DNA from: a virus
Reading direction: 5' to 3' (one strand)
Virus record (IMG/VR): IMGVR_UViG_3300045012_000235
Span: 32,001-96,000 of that record
Length of the DNA stretch: 64,000 nt
Both the position numbers and the translations under genes were made by a program. Positions 10,503-19,300 of the stretch are shown piece after piece; the first letter of the stretch is position 1; each line of letters starts with the position of its first letter. The notes beneath the pieces are model-generated. The model searched no databases. It was not told the DNA's origin and was given only the letters and a program-made list of their open reading frames with translations.

Positions 10503-11278
10503 TGGCCAAGCTCGACGCATTCACCCGCCAGTACATCGAGACCGCTCTCTGGAGCACGACCGACAACAGCGACGACAGCGGCGGCGAACCGCTCGACAAG
10601 AACTACTCAGCCAGCGACATCGCGCCCGAGACGATGGAGCTCATGATCGAGGACTGCGCCGACTTCCAGGAACGCTACATCGAGCTGCTCTCCAACAGCG
10701 GGATCGACGACGGACAGGCCGGCCATGATTTTTGGTTGAGCAGAGAAGGCCACGGAACAGGATTTTTCGACGAGAGCACCATCGACGAAGAGTTCCAAGA
10801 TCCGTTGCAGGAGGCAGCCGAGTCCTACGGCGGGTTCGATCTGTACCTCGGCGACCCTGATGCCGACGGGGAGGTTCTCATCTACGGACCCTCACCGGAC
10901 TACTACCGCAGCCACCGCAACAAGCTCCACCCATCGGCCAACGAAGCGCGTCGACCAATCCTCCGCCCACGACCCACCGTGCGCTCCGCACACCGAGCCG
11001 TTCGTCACCCGCCCCGCCCGCACTACGCCGGTGAGGTTCGCGACATGCCGAACATCTTCTGGCGCGACATCCCGCGCGGGTCGACAGTCAAACTTGTCGG
11101 CCACTCGTACATCGTGACGAAGCCCGACGGCACCCAGGCGAGCGCGTACTGGTCCGGTCAGGACGCGACCGTGGCGCAGCACACGCTCGACAGCATGGCG
11201 AAGGCCAGTGCCAAAGGGCAGCGATTGCCGCTGCCCAAACCGCGCGGGTTCAACGGCGCGCTGCGAAGGAAACGCTGA
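10499..11278 (+). CDS. two-domain hypothetical protein (GHDFWL-R-GHG-GF domain, basic linker, C-terminal domain)
   Basis: YIETALWS...AGHDFWLSREGHGTGFFD acidic domain; ANEARRP... linker. Confidence 0.75.
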   Translation: MMAKLDAFTRQYIETALWSTTDNSDDSGGEPLDKNYSASDIAPETMELMIEDCADFQERYIELLSNSGIDDGQAGHDFWLSREGHGTGFFDESTIDEEFQDPLQEAAESYGGFDLYLGDPDADGEVLIYGPSPDYYRSHRNKLHPSANEARRPILRPRPTVRSAHRAVRHPPRPHYAGEVRDMPNIFWRDIPRGSTVKLVGHSYIVTKPDGTQASAYWSGQDATVAQHTLDSMAKASAKGQRLPLPKPRGFNGALRRKR

Positions 11279-12906
11279 TGCCCCGATCCACGCGCAAGGG
11301 ACTGTACCGGGTCATCTACCTCGTCGGGGGACGACGCGCGACCGTCCCTGCAACACTCCAGTTCGACGCCGCGATGCGCGAGTTTGCGGCGCTCAAACGT
11401 CGCGGCTTCACAACGTGGATCGAAAGCGATTCAGGGGAGTTCGTTCCTGTGGAGGGAGCCATGCGCAAACCGAAGGAGATTGTCGACGAGCATCGCGTCG
11501 CCGACTTCAACTCGATCCCCGAGCTCATCGAGCACGCCAAGGGCGAAGGGGCCAGCGCCATTCTTGTCGCCGGACAGCAGGTCACCCTCTACTTCCCGCG
11601 CCGCGATGGTCGGTACGACGCAGCCACCATCTGGAATCAGAACGGGTACTGGCACGCGCCGTCCAAGTCCGCTCGCACGATCGTGACCCGCCTGCCCGCC
11701 GGCGCCGAATCCATCGGGTCGCACACCCAGCGGGTCGGGCGGCGGGCGAGCGAGGCCCCGCGACGACGACTCTCCAGACCCAACCTGAAGATGACCCCGG
11801 AATCCGCCCTGCAGCTCGCCGGCGAGCTCTCGCAGGCGGTTGGTGGATCCAAGCCGAGGACACTCCCCGGCGGCTACCGCTTCAGCGACAAGAACGAAGC
11901 CGCGCAGTTCACGACGTACAGCCCCGAGTACAGCCAGAAAGTCGTCTGCGTCGTCAGCGTCTTCGAGGACGGATCAACAGCCATCGGAATCTTCTCCGAC
12001 GAGGGGCTTTCGGGCACAGCCACGTACGAGAACATCACGCACTTCACCTACGACGGTGCCGACATCCCCGTGATGAAGAAGGATATCGAGTGGGTCTGGG
12101 AGACAGTCGACGGGTACGCGGCGAGCTGGCAGGAGGACGAAGACGGCGAGGTGGACGAGGCGTCTCGGCGGAACGTCCACGAAGCCAAGACCGCCACCAT
12201 GTACCAGGAGGCGCAAATCTTCATCAACGGGCAATTCCAGGTCGGCTTCACATTCACGCCGACTCGCGGACCGGCAGACGCCGCACGCGCCGTTCTTTCG
12301 CTCGCTCGCAACGGTGACGTCATTGAGGTCAAGCAGGACCGTGAGGTCTGGACCTACGACGTGACCCGCAAACCCGGACAGCCTGCAACGATCGTGGAAC
12401 GGCTCATCGGCCTCTACGGCGACAGCGAGATGCGAGAATCCGCCCTCACCACGAAGGAGAAAGTAGTCCTCCTGGCGATTGCCACTTCGGAGTACCGCAT
12501 GGGTCCGATCGAGGACAACGAGGCTGTCTGGTCGGGCGACCTCCAAGCAGCCGGCATCTCGCCGCGCTCGATGGGCGGCGTACTCGCTTCGCTCCAGAAG
12601 AAGGGGCTCATCGGCCTCTACGGCGACGGCAAAGAGGCAACCGTCGACTTCACGCCCGAAGGGATTGCGGCGGTGCAGGCGCTGCGTGGAGGCAGTACGG
12701 GACATCATGTCTCGGAACGGGAACCGTCGTTCAAACGCCCTGGCGCACGCGTCAAGTACAACTACACGGACGGCCCAATCCCTCCGGGCACAATGGGGAC
12801 GATCATCGGGTTCCTGCCTAAGAGCTACCAGGCCCAGATCCGGTGGGACAACGACAGCGTCAGCAACCACACGCCGGACGAGTACGATGTGATTCGGAGG
12901 AAATGA
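11278..12906 (+). CDS. multidomain polyprotein-like protein (about six small domains including wHTH-like and SH3-like)
   Basis: 542 aa; blocks separated by xxE motifs; LTTKEKVVLLAI...GVLASLQKKGLI is wHTH-like; PGARVKY..PGTMGTI..IRWDN is SH3-like. Confidence 0.75.
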   Translation: MPRSTRKGLYRVIYLVGGRRATVPATLQFDAAMREFAALKRRGFTTWIESDSGEFVPVEGAMRKPKEIVDEHRVADFNSIPELIEHAKGEGASAILVAGQQVTLYFPRRDGRYDAATIWNQNGYWHAPSKSARTIVTRLPAGAESIGSHTQRVGRRASEAPRRRLSRPNLKMTPESALQLAGELSQAVGGSKPRTLPGGYRFSDKNEAAQFTTYSPEYSQKVVCVVSVFEDGSTAIGIFSDEGLSGTATYENITHFTYDGADIPVMKKDIEWVWETVDGYAASWQEDEDGEVDEASRRNVHEAKTATMYQEAQIFINGQFQVGFTFTPTRGPADAARAVLSLARNGDVIEVKQDREVWTYDVTRKPGQPATIVERLIGLYGDSEMRESALTTKEKVVLLAIATSEYRMGPIEDNEAVWSGDLQAAGISPRSMGGVLASLQKKGLIGLYGDGKEATVDFTPEGIAAVQALRGGSTGHHVSEREPSFKRPGARVKYNYTDGPIPPGTMGTIIGFLPKSYQAQIRWDNDSVSNHTPDEYDVIRRK

Positions 12907-13949
12907 TGCCCCGCAAGAAAGCCACGCGCCGCGAACCCACCCCCAAAGAAGAGGGTCAAGAGATCCTCGAAGCCGCTTCGAAGGCCGGCGCCGACTACGC
13001 CAGCGATCAAATCAACGGCTCCTACTTCCGCGACTGGGTTTGGGAACAGATGGTCGAGGCCGAGGAGATGCGCAAATGCGACCCGTCAAGCGTCCTCCCG
13101 CTCGAGACGCCGAGCGACGCGAAGAAGCTCGCCCGCAACATGCTTCAGCAGCTCGAGTGGGACACGAAGCGCGACATGGAGCAGCCCACCGTCCTCGAGC
13201 TCTCCGGCGCGAAGGGCGTCTTCAACATCGGCAGCGCGGACTGGGTACGAGATCATTACGGCATCACCTACGAGGAGGTCAGCGACGCGTTCTTCAGCGC
13301 CTTCGACGAAGAGCTGAAGAGCCCGAGCATCCGGCAGTGGCTGAGCGACATGATCCTCGAGATGGACGAGGAGGTGCGCGGCGTCAGGAAGAGCAAGCTG
13401 GTCGAAGAAACGCGCGCAAATCGACGGAAGTCTACCGGCGAGACCTGGGCCGAAGCACCAAAAGGAGACCCGCCGTACTTCGGTGAGATGGGGCACTGGG
13501 GATACGCCATAAAGATCGACGGGATCGAGAACGACTTCCCACAGCTTCCGCCCGGGCGCCAAATAGACGCCCTCGCAGCGGTCAAGCAATTCAAGACGAC
13601 AGCCAAGAGCGAGTGGCTCAGCACGAAGCATCGAAAAGGTCAGCGACCACTTACGGAAATCAAACGGTGGATCAAAGCGGTCCAGCCGAGTCAGTTCTAC
13701 GCACGCTGGCCAACGGACGTCGACGACGACTCCGTGCAGATTTGGTACACGGGGGCAGAAACACATTTGCCCGTGAGTCCAGGCAGGATCGAGGAACGCC
13801 GCCCCGTCGTCCGCGACTACATCGCCGTCGACCCGAAAGGCCGCACCATCGCGGGTCCCTTCACCAGCTACAGCGACGCAAAGCGGGAGGCCACCCGCGC
13901 GCACGGGTACGTGCGGTTCGCTTCCGGCGCTCGAGACCGACGACGGTGA
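12903..13949 (+). CDS. multidomain hypothetical protein
   Basis: ATGA overlap, GGAGG RBS; linkers LVEETRANRRK and RIEERRPVVRD. Confidence 0.75.
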   Translation: MMPRKKATRREPTPKEEGQEILEAASKAGADYASDQINGSYFRDWVWEQMVEAEEMRKCDPSSVLPLETPSDAKKLARNMLQQLEWDTKRDMEQPTVLELSGAKGVFNIGSADWVRDHYGITYEEVSDAFFSAFDEELKSPSIRQWLSDMILEMDEEVRGVRKSKLVEETRANRRKSTGETWAEAPKGDPPYFGEMGHWGYAIKIDGIENDFPQLPPGRQIDALAAVKQFKTTAKSEWLSTKHRKGQRPLTEIKRWIKAVQPSQFYARWPTDVDDDSVQIWYTGAETHLPVSPGRIEERRPVVRDYIAVDPKGRTIAGPFTSYSDAKREATRAHGYVRFASGARDRRR

Positions 13950-14131
13950 AGAAGGGCGATCGGGTTCGGGTGACACGGCACATCACGGCCGGAGTTGGCG
14001 AGCCGCCAAAGCCTGGGGCGCTTGGCACAATCGACACGATCCTGGAAAACGGGACCGTCATCGTGAACCTCGATGATGGTCGGCGAGCTCAGCTCGCCTC
14101 CTGGGAAGTCGAACCCGCAAGCGAGAACTGA
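13946..14131 (+). CDS. small SH3/KOW-like beta-barrel protein
   Basis: VKKGDRVRV...PGALGTI...V.V.LDDG; GTGA overlap. Confidence 0.6.
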   Translation: MKKGDRVRVTRHITAGVGEPPKPGALGTIDTILENGTVIVNLDDGRRAQLASWEVEPASEN

Positions 14132-14353
14132 ATGAGACGTCTCACCGAAGAAGAACGAACGGCGCTCGTTGAGGTCGGCGAACCCGGAGAGGGGCCGATC
14201 TCCGACGCGACGTTCGCGGAGCTCGCGGCGCTCGGCTGGGGCTATTGGGCCGTCGGTCCGACGCTGTGGGACAAGCTCACCCGGCAGCGGTACTGGCACG
14301 TCACCGCCGCAGGCCGGGCCGCCCTCGCGTACGACACCATCGCTCGCCGCTAG
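14132..14353 (+). CDS. small wHTH-like hypothetical protein
   Basis: LTEEERTAL...L..LG.......VTAAGRAAL pattern. Confidence 0.55.
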   Translation: MRRLTEEERTALVEVGEPGEGPISDATFAELAALGWGYWAVGPTLWDKLTRQRYWHVTAAGRAALAYDTIARR

Positions 14354-14847
14354 TCGCCCGTCCGCACGGCCGTCGTCTGAACGGGCCGCTTTGCGGCCGC
14401 TGTCGTCGCGACCGGCGCCGCCGGCGCAGCGGCTGCCGGCGCCCCCGCGAGCTCCCCCATCGGGGGCAGGATCATGGTCGCCCTGGGCTTGGGGCGAGGC
14501 GCAGTGAGCTTCGGGACCTCGGCAGGCACGGGAGCCAGGGCCACCGCTTCCGCTTCCGGAGGAACCCATGCCGCCGGTGCGCTGCTCTGGGCGTCCCGAT
14601 CGGCAAGATCGACGACGTACACTGCCTGCGCGGCCGCAGACTCCGCCGGAGCGTTCTTGGCTTCGATGGTAATAGGTTCGCCGGTCCACTTGTGCACGAC
14701 GAGACCGATGCCCACGGCCGTGGTGACGGCGGCCGCATGCGTCAGAATCTCCTTGAACGGGGACTTCGCGTACCAAGGCTTGCCCTCGCCGCGCAGCTCC
14801 TTCCGAAGGTTCTGGATCTCTCGTTGCAGCTCGTCGACTTCGGGCAT
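14350..14847 (-). CDS. membrane-anchored Ala/Pro-rich hypothetical protein
   Basis: N-terminal coiled coil, one hydrophobic segment, low-complexity tail. Confidence 0.55.
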   Translation of the reverse strand: MPEVDELQREIQNLRKELRGEGKPWYAKSPFKEILTHAAAVTTAVGIGLVVHKWTGEPITIEAKNAPAESAAAQAVYVVDLADRDAQSSAPAAWVPPEAEAVALAPVPAEVPKLTAPRPKPRATMILPPMGELAGAPAAAAPAAPVATTAAAKRPVQTTAVRTGD

Positions 14848-14862
14848 GGTGCCGTCAGGGTA

Positions 14863-15027
14863 TCACAGCGGAGTCAGCCGGTGGACCCGGAGATGTGCCC
14901 GCTCCTCGTCACTCGCGGCGTCGTAGTCGGCGAGCGCCTTGAACACGAGGGCGTGACTCTCAAGCACGCGAGCAAACGCGCGTTCAAACTCCTCGCGCGT
15001 CATCTCACGGTCGTGCTCGCGATTCAT
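14863..15027 (-). CDS. small hypothetical protein
   Basis: MNREHDREMTREEFERAF...; ATGA overlap with the DUF2442-like gene. Confidence 0.5.
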   Translation of the reverse strand: MNREHDREMTREEFERAFARVLESHALVFKALADYDAASDEERAHLRVHRLTPL

Positions 15028-15260
15028 CCGCACTCCATACTGTAAACGCGACGACCCTTGCACGGAAGACGGAGCATACGTGCGCTCATGTCGCCCTTAC
15101 CATCGCCCGGGTCGATCCCGAGCCCGTCGTCAACGACGCGCGGCTTGGCGACCTTTACGCCAGGAAGCGCCCTCTCGATGACAGTCCCGTCGGAGAAAAA
15201 AAGGCGTACGTCGGGACCACCGAGAGGTTCGACCATTTGCACGAAGGCCATCTTCTTCAT
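15024..15260 (-). CDS. DUF2442-like putative antitoxin
   Basis: VEPLGGPDVRLFFSDGT..., VVDDGLGI...G.D; coupled downstream of the DUF4160 gene. Confidence 0.65.
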   Translation of the reverse strand: MKKMAFVQMVEPLGGPDVRLFFSDGTVIERALPGVKVAKPRVVDDGLGIDPGDGKGDMSARMLRLPCKGRRVYSMECG

Positions 15261-15526
15261 GTGAGGGGCTCAATCTTCTTGGGTGTCCTACCCGCTCGCG
15301 CATCGTTCCACGCCGCCTGTATCTCGTCATGGTGCAGACGCATCCAGCGCCGGACCATCCAGCGAGCGGTCGGTGGGAGCTTTCCTTCGAGGATGTCTCC
15401 GTCCAGGTCGACGGACGCCCACTCCCCCTGGCAGCGCACGTGAATGTGCGCCTGACGGTGCCGGCCAAACTCACCGCGAAAGAAGATGGCGATGACGACG
15501 CCGTAGAAGCGGGAAAGTTCAGCCAC
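15257..15526 (-). CDS. DUF4160 family putative toxin
   Basis: LSRFYGVVI..F...H..AHIHV...A..D..ILEGKLP....VRRW..LH.DEI..AW.......KIEPL signature. Confidence 0.85.
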   Translation of the reverse strand: MAELSRFYGVVIAIFFRGEFGRHRQAHIHVRCQGEWASVDLDGDILEGKLPPTARWMVRRWMRLHHDEIQAAWNDARAGRTPKKIEPLT

Positions 15527-15686
15527 GAGCGCGACCCCTTCTGGCCTTCTGCATGTCGGCCAGGGCGCGCTCGATACGCGCCTTTACCCTTGGGCGCATC
15601 TGATCTCGACGCGAACTGTAGTAAGTGGCTGCGGTTCGGATGTCGCAGTCCGCGAGGCGAGCCAGTTTGTCGAGGTCCACGTCCAT
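15519..15686 (-). CDS. 55-aa helix-turn-helix protein (not in the ORF track)
   Basis: Manual translation MDVDLDKLARLADCDIRTAATYYSSRRDQMRPRVKARIERALADMQKARRGRARG; overlaps the DUF4160 start. Confidence 0.6.
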   Translation of the reverse strand: MDVDLDKLARLADCDIRTAATYYSSRRDQMRPRVKARIERALADMQKARRGRARG

Positions 15687-15732
15687 GACGAGAAAACTTA
15701 CCTACATTTTGACAAATTGCAATTCAGAGTTT

Positions 15733-16140
15733 TCACGAGCAACACCCGCACGTGCAATCTCCATTGACGAACGCGTAGCACCCCTCGTCCTCGCGCCCGC
15801 AGTGCTTCCGGCTGGTGCGCACCGGCCCTGCAATCGGCCTGGGCATCGGCGGAGGCTTCTTCGGGAGGACCCGAAGGACCGGCGGGGTCGGGACCTCGCG
15901 CCCGCGCGGCACGAGCCCCCGGCTGAAAAGGTTGGCGTACTGCGGCACGATGCGCTCGCGGACCCCGATGGCCCACGAGCGCTGCTTCTCGGTGAGCTCT
16001 TGGTACTTAGATCCTTGGAATCCCGCCGTCAGGTCGAACCGCATGCCGGCGAACGCTTCGGTCTCGACGTTGGAGAGCTCGTCCGGGTGCTCCTTGAGCA
16101 GTTCATTCAAGAGCTGGAGGTCGTCGTCGCGCTGGGTCAT
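15733..16140 (-). CDS. hypothetical protein
   Basis: MTQRDDDLQLLNELL...LTEKQRSW; Cys-rich C-terminus. Confidence 0.6.
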   Translation of the reverse strand: MTQRDDDLQLLNELLKEHPDELSNVETEAFAGMRFDLTAGFQGSKYQELTEKQRSWAIGVRERIVPQYANLFSRGLVPRGREVPTPPVLRVLPKKPPPMPRPIAGPVRTSRKHCGREDEGCYAFVNGDCTCGCCS

Positions 16141-16439
16141 TGGACAGGCTCCGCTTGAACAATCGGCGGATGTTCCTGGCATCTCACGCACCACGCTCGG
16201 TGAGCAGGAGCCAGCGAGCAGCCGTCACGATGATGACCACCAGCCTCCTCTACTTCGCCGCACTCAAGGCACGCCGTCCAATCCGCGACGTAACCGTGTC
16301 TCGGTGTCCAGTGAGCGATCTCGACGACTGGGTATCCGGGCGGATCGTAACGATGGAGCACGTACTGCTGACGCGATCCGTCCGGATAGAATCGTTTCCA
16401 TCGAACAGGTACCGGTTGCTGACGCCGCGCGCAGTTCAT
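16137..16439 (-). CDS. hypothetical protein with CxxC motifs
   Basis: ATGA overlaps; CLEC and CVRC. Confidence 0.45.
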   Translation of the reverse strand: MNCARRQQPVPVRWKRFYPDGSRQQYVLHRYDPPGYPVVEIAHWTPRHGYVADWTACLECGEVEEAGGHHRDGCSLAPAHRAWCVRCQEHPPIVQAEPVQ

Positions 16440-16964
16440 CGGGGCTCCAGTTCCCAACAGCAACGCCCAGCGACCAGCGCGCTCAGCGCCGCGCCAATCG
16501 ATCGGTGCACTGGCCGTACATACCGAGCGAGCGGGATTCGATCGTCGGTCATGCAGTCGACGCAGCAAGGTAAGTGCACCCGCCAGCTCCGCAACACCAG
16601 GAGCGGCGCGTAGAGCGTGAACTTCCTGCATTCGACGCAGCGATAAATACTCATCGGTCCTCTAGCTTCCTCGCTGCACGAAATCCGACTCCACTCTTTT
16701 CATTTGTCCCGGTAGACGTAGTTGATGGTCTCAATGGCTACATACGCCGAAAACGCCGAAAGGCACCCGAACAGGACGATCATCACGAGACCGCTCCACG
16801 GCGGACCGAGGGTCTCGTCCAGCCAGACGATCACGACTTGATCTCGTGCACGGTGAACGTCTTCCCCGGCCAGTAGCCCCTCGCATCCTTCTCGGCGTCT
16901 TCCTTGCTCCTCGCGAGCAGTCGCCCCAGCTCGGAACCGTCGGGTGCGACCACGCGGTAGGGTT

Positions 16965-17150
16965 TCATGGTTTCTCCTCCACGGGCCGGTTCAACCGTTC
17001 GATCCGATGATCCTCCTTGCGAAGGAGCATCCGGAGCATCGCAGAAACATCGATGCCGTGATACTCGGCGAGCTTGTGCATCCGAGCGCGTTCCTCCTCA
17101 CTGAGGCGGATGTTGACGAGCCACGGCCGCTTGACCTTGATCTCGCTCAC
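16965..17150 (-). CDS. ribbon-helix-helix DNA-binding protein
   Basis: LVNIRLSEEERARMHKLAEYHGIDVSAMLRMLL. Confidence 0.75.
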   Translation of the reverse strand: MSEIKVKRPWLVNIRLSEEERARMHKLAEYHGIDVSAMLRMLLRKEDHRIERLNRPVEEKP

Positions 17151-17370
17151 GACGGCTCCTGAGGCGCCGTCCACAGCACCAACCCCATCGTCGTATGACA
17201 CTCCGTGCACGTCCGGAGCTCGATGTGCTCCACCTCGTCGTCCTGCCGACCGACGTAGGGGAGATCCTTCCACTCGGCGGCGGTGTAGCGCCGGCCACAA
17301 CTGCACGTCTTCATGGGTTCCTCTCTGTCCAGCTTGAGGATACGGCACGACGTGGCGTCCGGATAAGCCC

Positions 17371-17667
17371 TCACGCCCTTGCCTTGTTCGGGCCGCGACC
17401 GCGTGGCTTTGGGTCGGCGTATATCTCGTTCCAGATTGCCTCTTCCTCTTTGATCGTCCTGTCACGAATGGTTGTCGCCGCCTTCAGTTTGGAGGCCAGC
17501 GCAACCTTCACCGCCGGCGGCAACATCGACAGCGCCTCCTCAACAGCCTCTCGGGCGTCCGCCACGAACCGACGCTCGGCGTCGAAGGCGTACGGAGCGT
17601 GGCTGCCGATGATCTCGTCGGCGCCGCCGAAGATCTCGTCCAACGTTTTACTGATCGCGTTGCTCAT
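17371..17667 (-). CDS. hypothetical protein
   Basis: MSNAISKTLDEIFGG..., GGAGA RBS. Confidence 0.55.
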   Translation of the reverse strand: MSNAISKTLDEIFGGADEIIGSHAPYAFDAERRFVADAREAVEEALSMLPPAVKVALASKLKAATTIRDRTIKEEEAIWNEIYADPKPRGRGPNKARA

Positions 17668-17808
17668 GTCTCTCCTTCGCCGCCAGGTTGCGACGGGCGT
17701 AATGCGTGTACCTGACGTGACTGCCGCTCGCACCGAAGCACTTGATGCCCTCCTTTGCGCCACACTGCGGACACTTCACCGCGCGGGCCAGGCGGTTGTA
17801 GTCGCGCT

Positions 17809-18345
17809 TCATCGGAGCTCGTCCAGGATCTCGTCGAGCGACACGGGCGCGTAGCCGCGCACGTCGACCCCCACGTTGACCATCCGCCCGCGCGTCTTCC
17901 ACTGCGTGTGGATGTGCCCGTGCAGGAGCACGAGTCCCTCATCGACCGGCCGGTATGCGTGGTACTTCTCCCGGTCGTCGCCAGAGTACGGCATGTGGTG
18001 CACAAGCATCCCGTCGAGGATCAAGCACCTGACGACCTCCACAAATCCTGCGGCGAGGTAGCGCCCGAGCGCTGCCTTGTTGTCCTTCCGACACGGGTGG
18101 CAACAGTCGTGATTGCCGACGACGAGCGTATGCCGACCGTGGAGCTCGGGGAGTACCGCGGACAGAAGCAGCTCGTTCATGACGAAGTCGCCCACGTGAA
18201 TAACGTGATCGTTCGGACCGACGACGGCGTTGTGCCGCTCGATCAATCCGCGCGTCATGTGGTCGACGTCCGTGAACGGGCGCGAGCAGTAACGGATGAT
18301 GTTCGCGTGACCGTAGTGTTCGTCCGCGGTGAGGAAGGTGGTCAT
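17809..18345 (-). CDS. calcineurin-like metallophosphoesterase
   Basis: ADEHYGH, HVGDF, GNHD, HHMP, HGHIH, NVGVD motifs. Confidence 0.9.
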   Translation of the reverse strand: MTTFLTADEHYGHANIIRYCSRPFTDVDHMTRGLIERHNAVVGPNDHVIHVGDFVMNELLLSAVLPELHGRHTLVVGNHDCCHPCRKDNKAALGRYLAAGFVEVVRCLILDGMLVHHMPYSGDDREKYHAYRPVDEGLVLLHGHIHTQWKTRGRMVNVGVDVRGYAPVSLDEILDELR

Positions 18346-18806
18346 GTCTCTTTCACCCACAGGGCGATCGGCTCCCCCGACTGGACCGGGAAGCCAAGCG
18401 CGTGCAGCTCGACTCGGACGCACTCGAACGGTTCGTCGTCGATGACGACGAGACCGAGCAATCCGGAGAAGGCCCGATCGCGCTCCCGATCGCACTCGAC
18501 GACTGCGCAGAACCCGCGGCCCCGAATCCGGTACCACCGGAGAGCGCTGAATCGCGGCGTCTCGGCGGTCGGCGTCCTCGCCGCGCGCATCCTCCTAGCA
18601 ATTTCGCGGCACCGAGCGGCATCCGCCAGCCAGCCGTCGCGGTTGACGGTGCGCTCCTCCGACCGAGACCGGGTCCACATCGTTATTTTCTCCCGCATGC
18701 ACTCTCGAGCCATGCGGACGTGGCTGCGAGCGAGCGCGTAGAAGTGCGCTTCCGTCTCGGGCTTGATGCAGATACGATCGTGATCTCTCACCAAAGAGGA
18801 GCTCAT
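18342..18806 (-). CDS. hypothetical protein
   Basis: ATGA-type overlaps with neighbours. Confidence 0.45.
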   Translation of the reverse strand: MSSSLVRDHDRICIKPETEAHFYALARSHVRMARECMREKITMWTRSRSEERTVNRDGWLADAARCREIARRMRAARTPTAETPRFSALRWYRIRGRGFCAVVECDRERDRAFSGLLGLVVIDDEPFECVRVELHALGFPVQSGEPIALWVKET

Positions 18807-19300
18807 GTCAGGACCCTGTACTCGACCGGCCGCCCCCGTGACCTCGCGTCGTCGATCCCGCGCTGCATGCCGCCGCTGATCCCGTGATCCGTGTAGACCA
18901 CGGTGGCGTCGGCGAGCGCGCCCCAGGCAAACCCGCACGAGAGACCCGCCTCCCGTTCCCAGAGAATGTCGTCGTCCAAAAACTGCACGTAGAGGAGGTG
19001 CGAAGCGAACGGCGCTTCGCCGCGCATGACCGAGTCGCGCATGCAGCGGAGCAGGTACTCCCTGTTCAGGCGGAGCCCTTCGGGCGTGTCCGCGCGGAAC
19101 GGCGTCTCAACGTACACCCGTCGGCGAGTGGACCGTTTAGGGATTTGCAGCAGCTTGTAGACCGATACCGCGAACGTGAGGGTCGACACGACGATGACGT
19201 CCGGGTGCCACACGCCGTAGCGACTGAACGCCCACCCGTTGACCCCGTACAAGAGGATCGACATGTGCAAGAGAGCCCACCATAGCCAGCGGGGGATCAC
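18803..19300 (-). CDS. nucleoside 2-deoxyribosyltransferase-like protein with N-terminal TM segments
   Basis: VYVETPF...GEAPFASHLLY..FLDD...ER..G...G..W...AD..VVY.D.GIS.GM..GI..A...G.PVEYR; two hydrophobic N-terminal helices. Confidence 0.65.
   Translation of the reverse strand: MIPRWLWWALLHMSILLYGVNGWAFSRYGVWHPDVIVVSTLTFAVSVYKLLQIPKRSTRRRVYVETPFRADTPEGLRLNREYLLRCMRDSVMRGEAPFASHLLYVQFLDDDILWEREAGLSCGFAWGALADATVVYTDHGISGGMQRGIDDARSRGRPVEYRVLT

Noticed and set aside
15196-15202. A7 run as a programmed frameshift or phase-variation tract
   Set aside because: It encodes Leu-Phe-Phe in the intact minus-strand DUF2442-like ORF; no alternative frame gives a better product.
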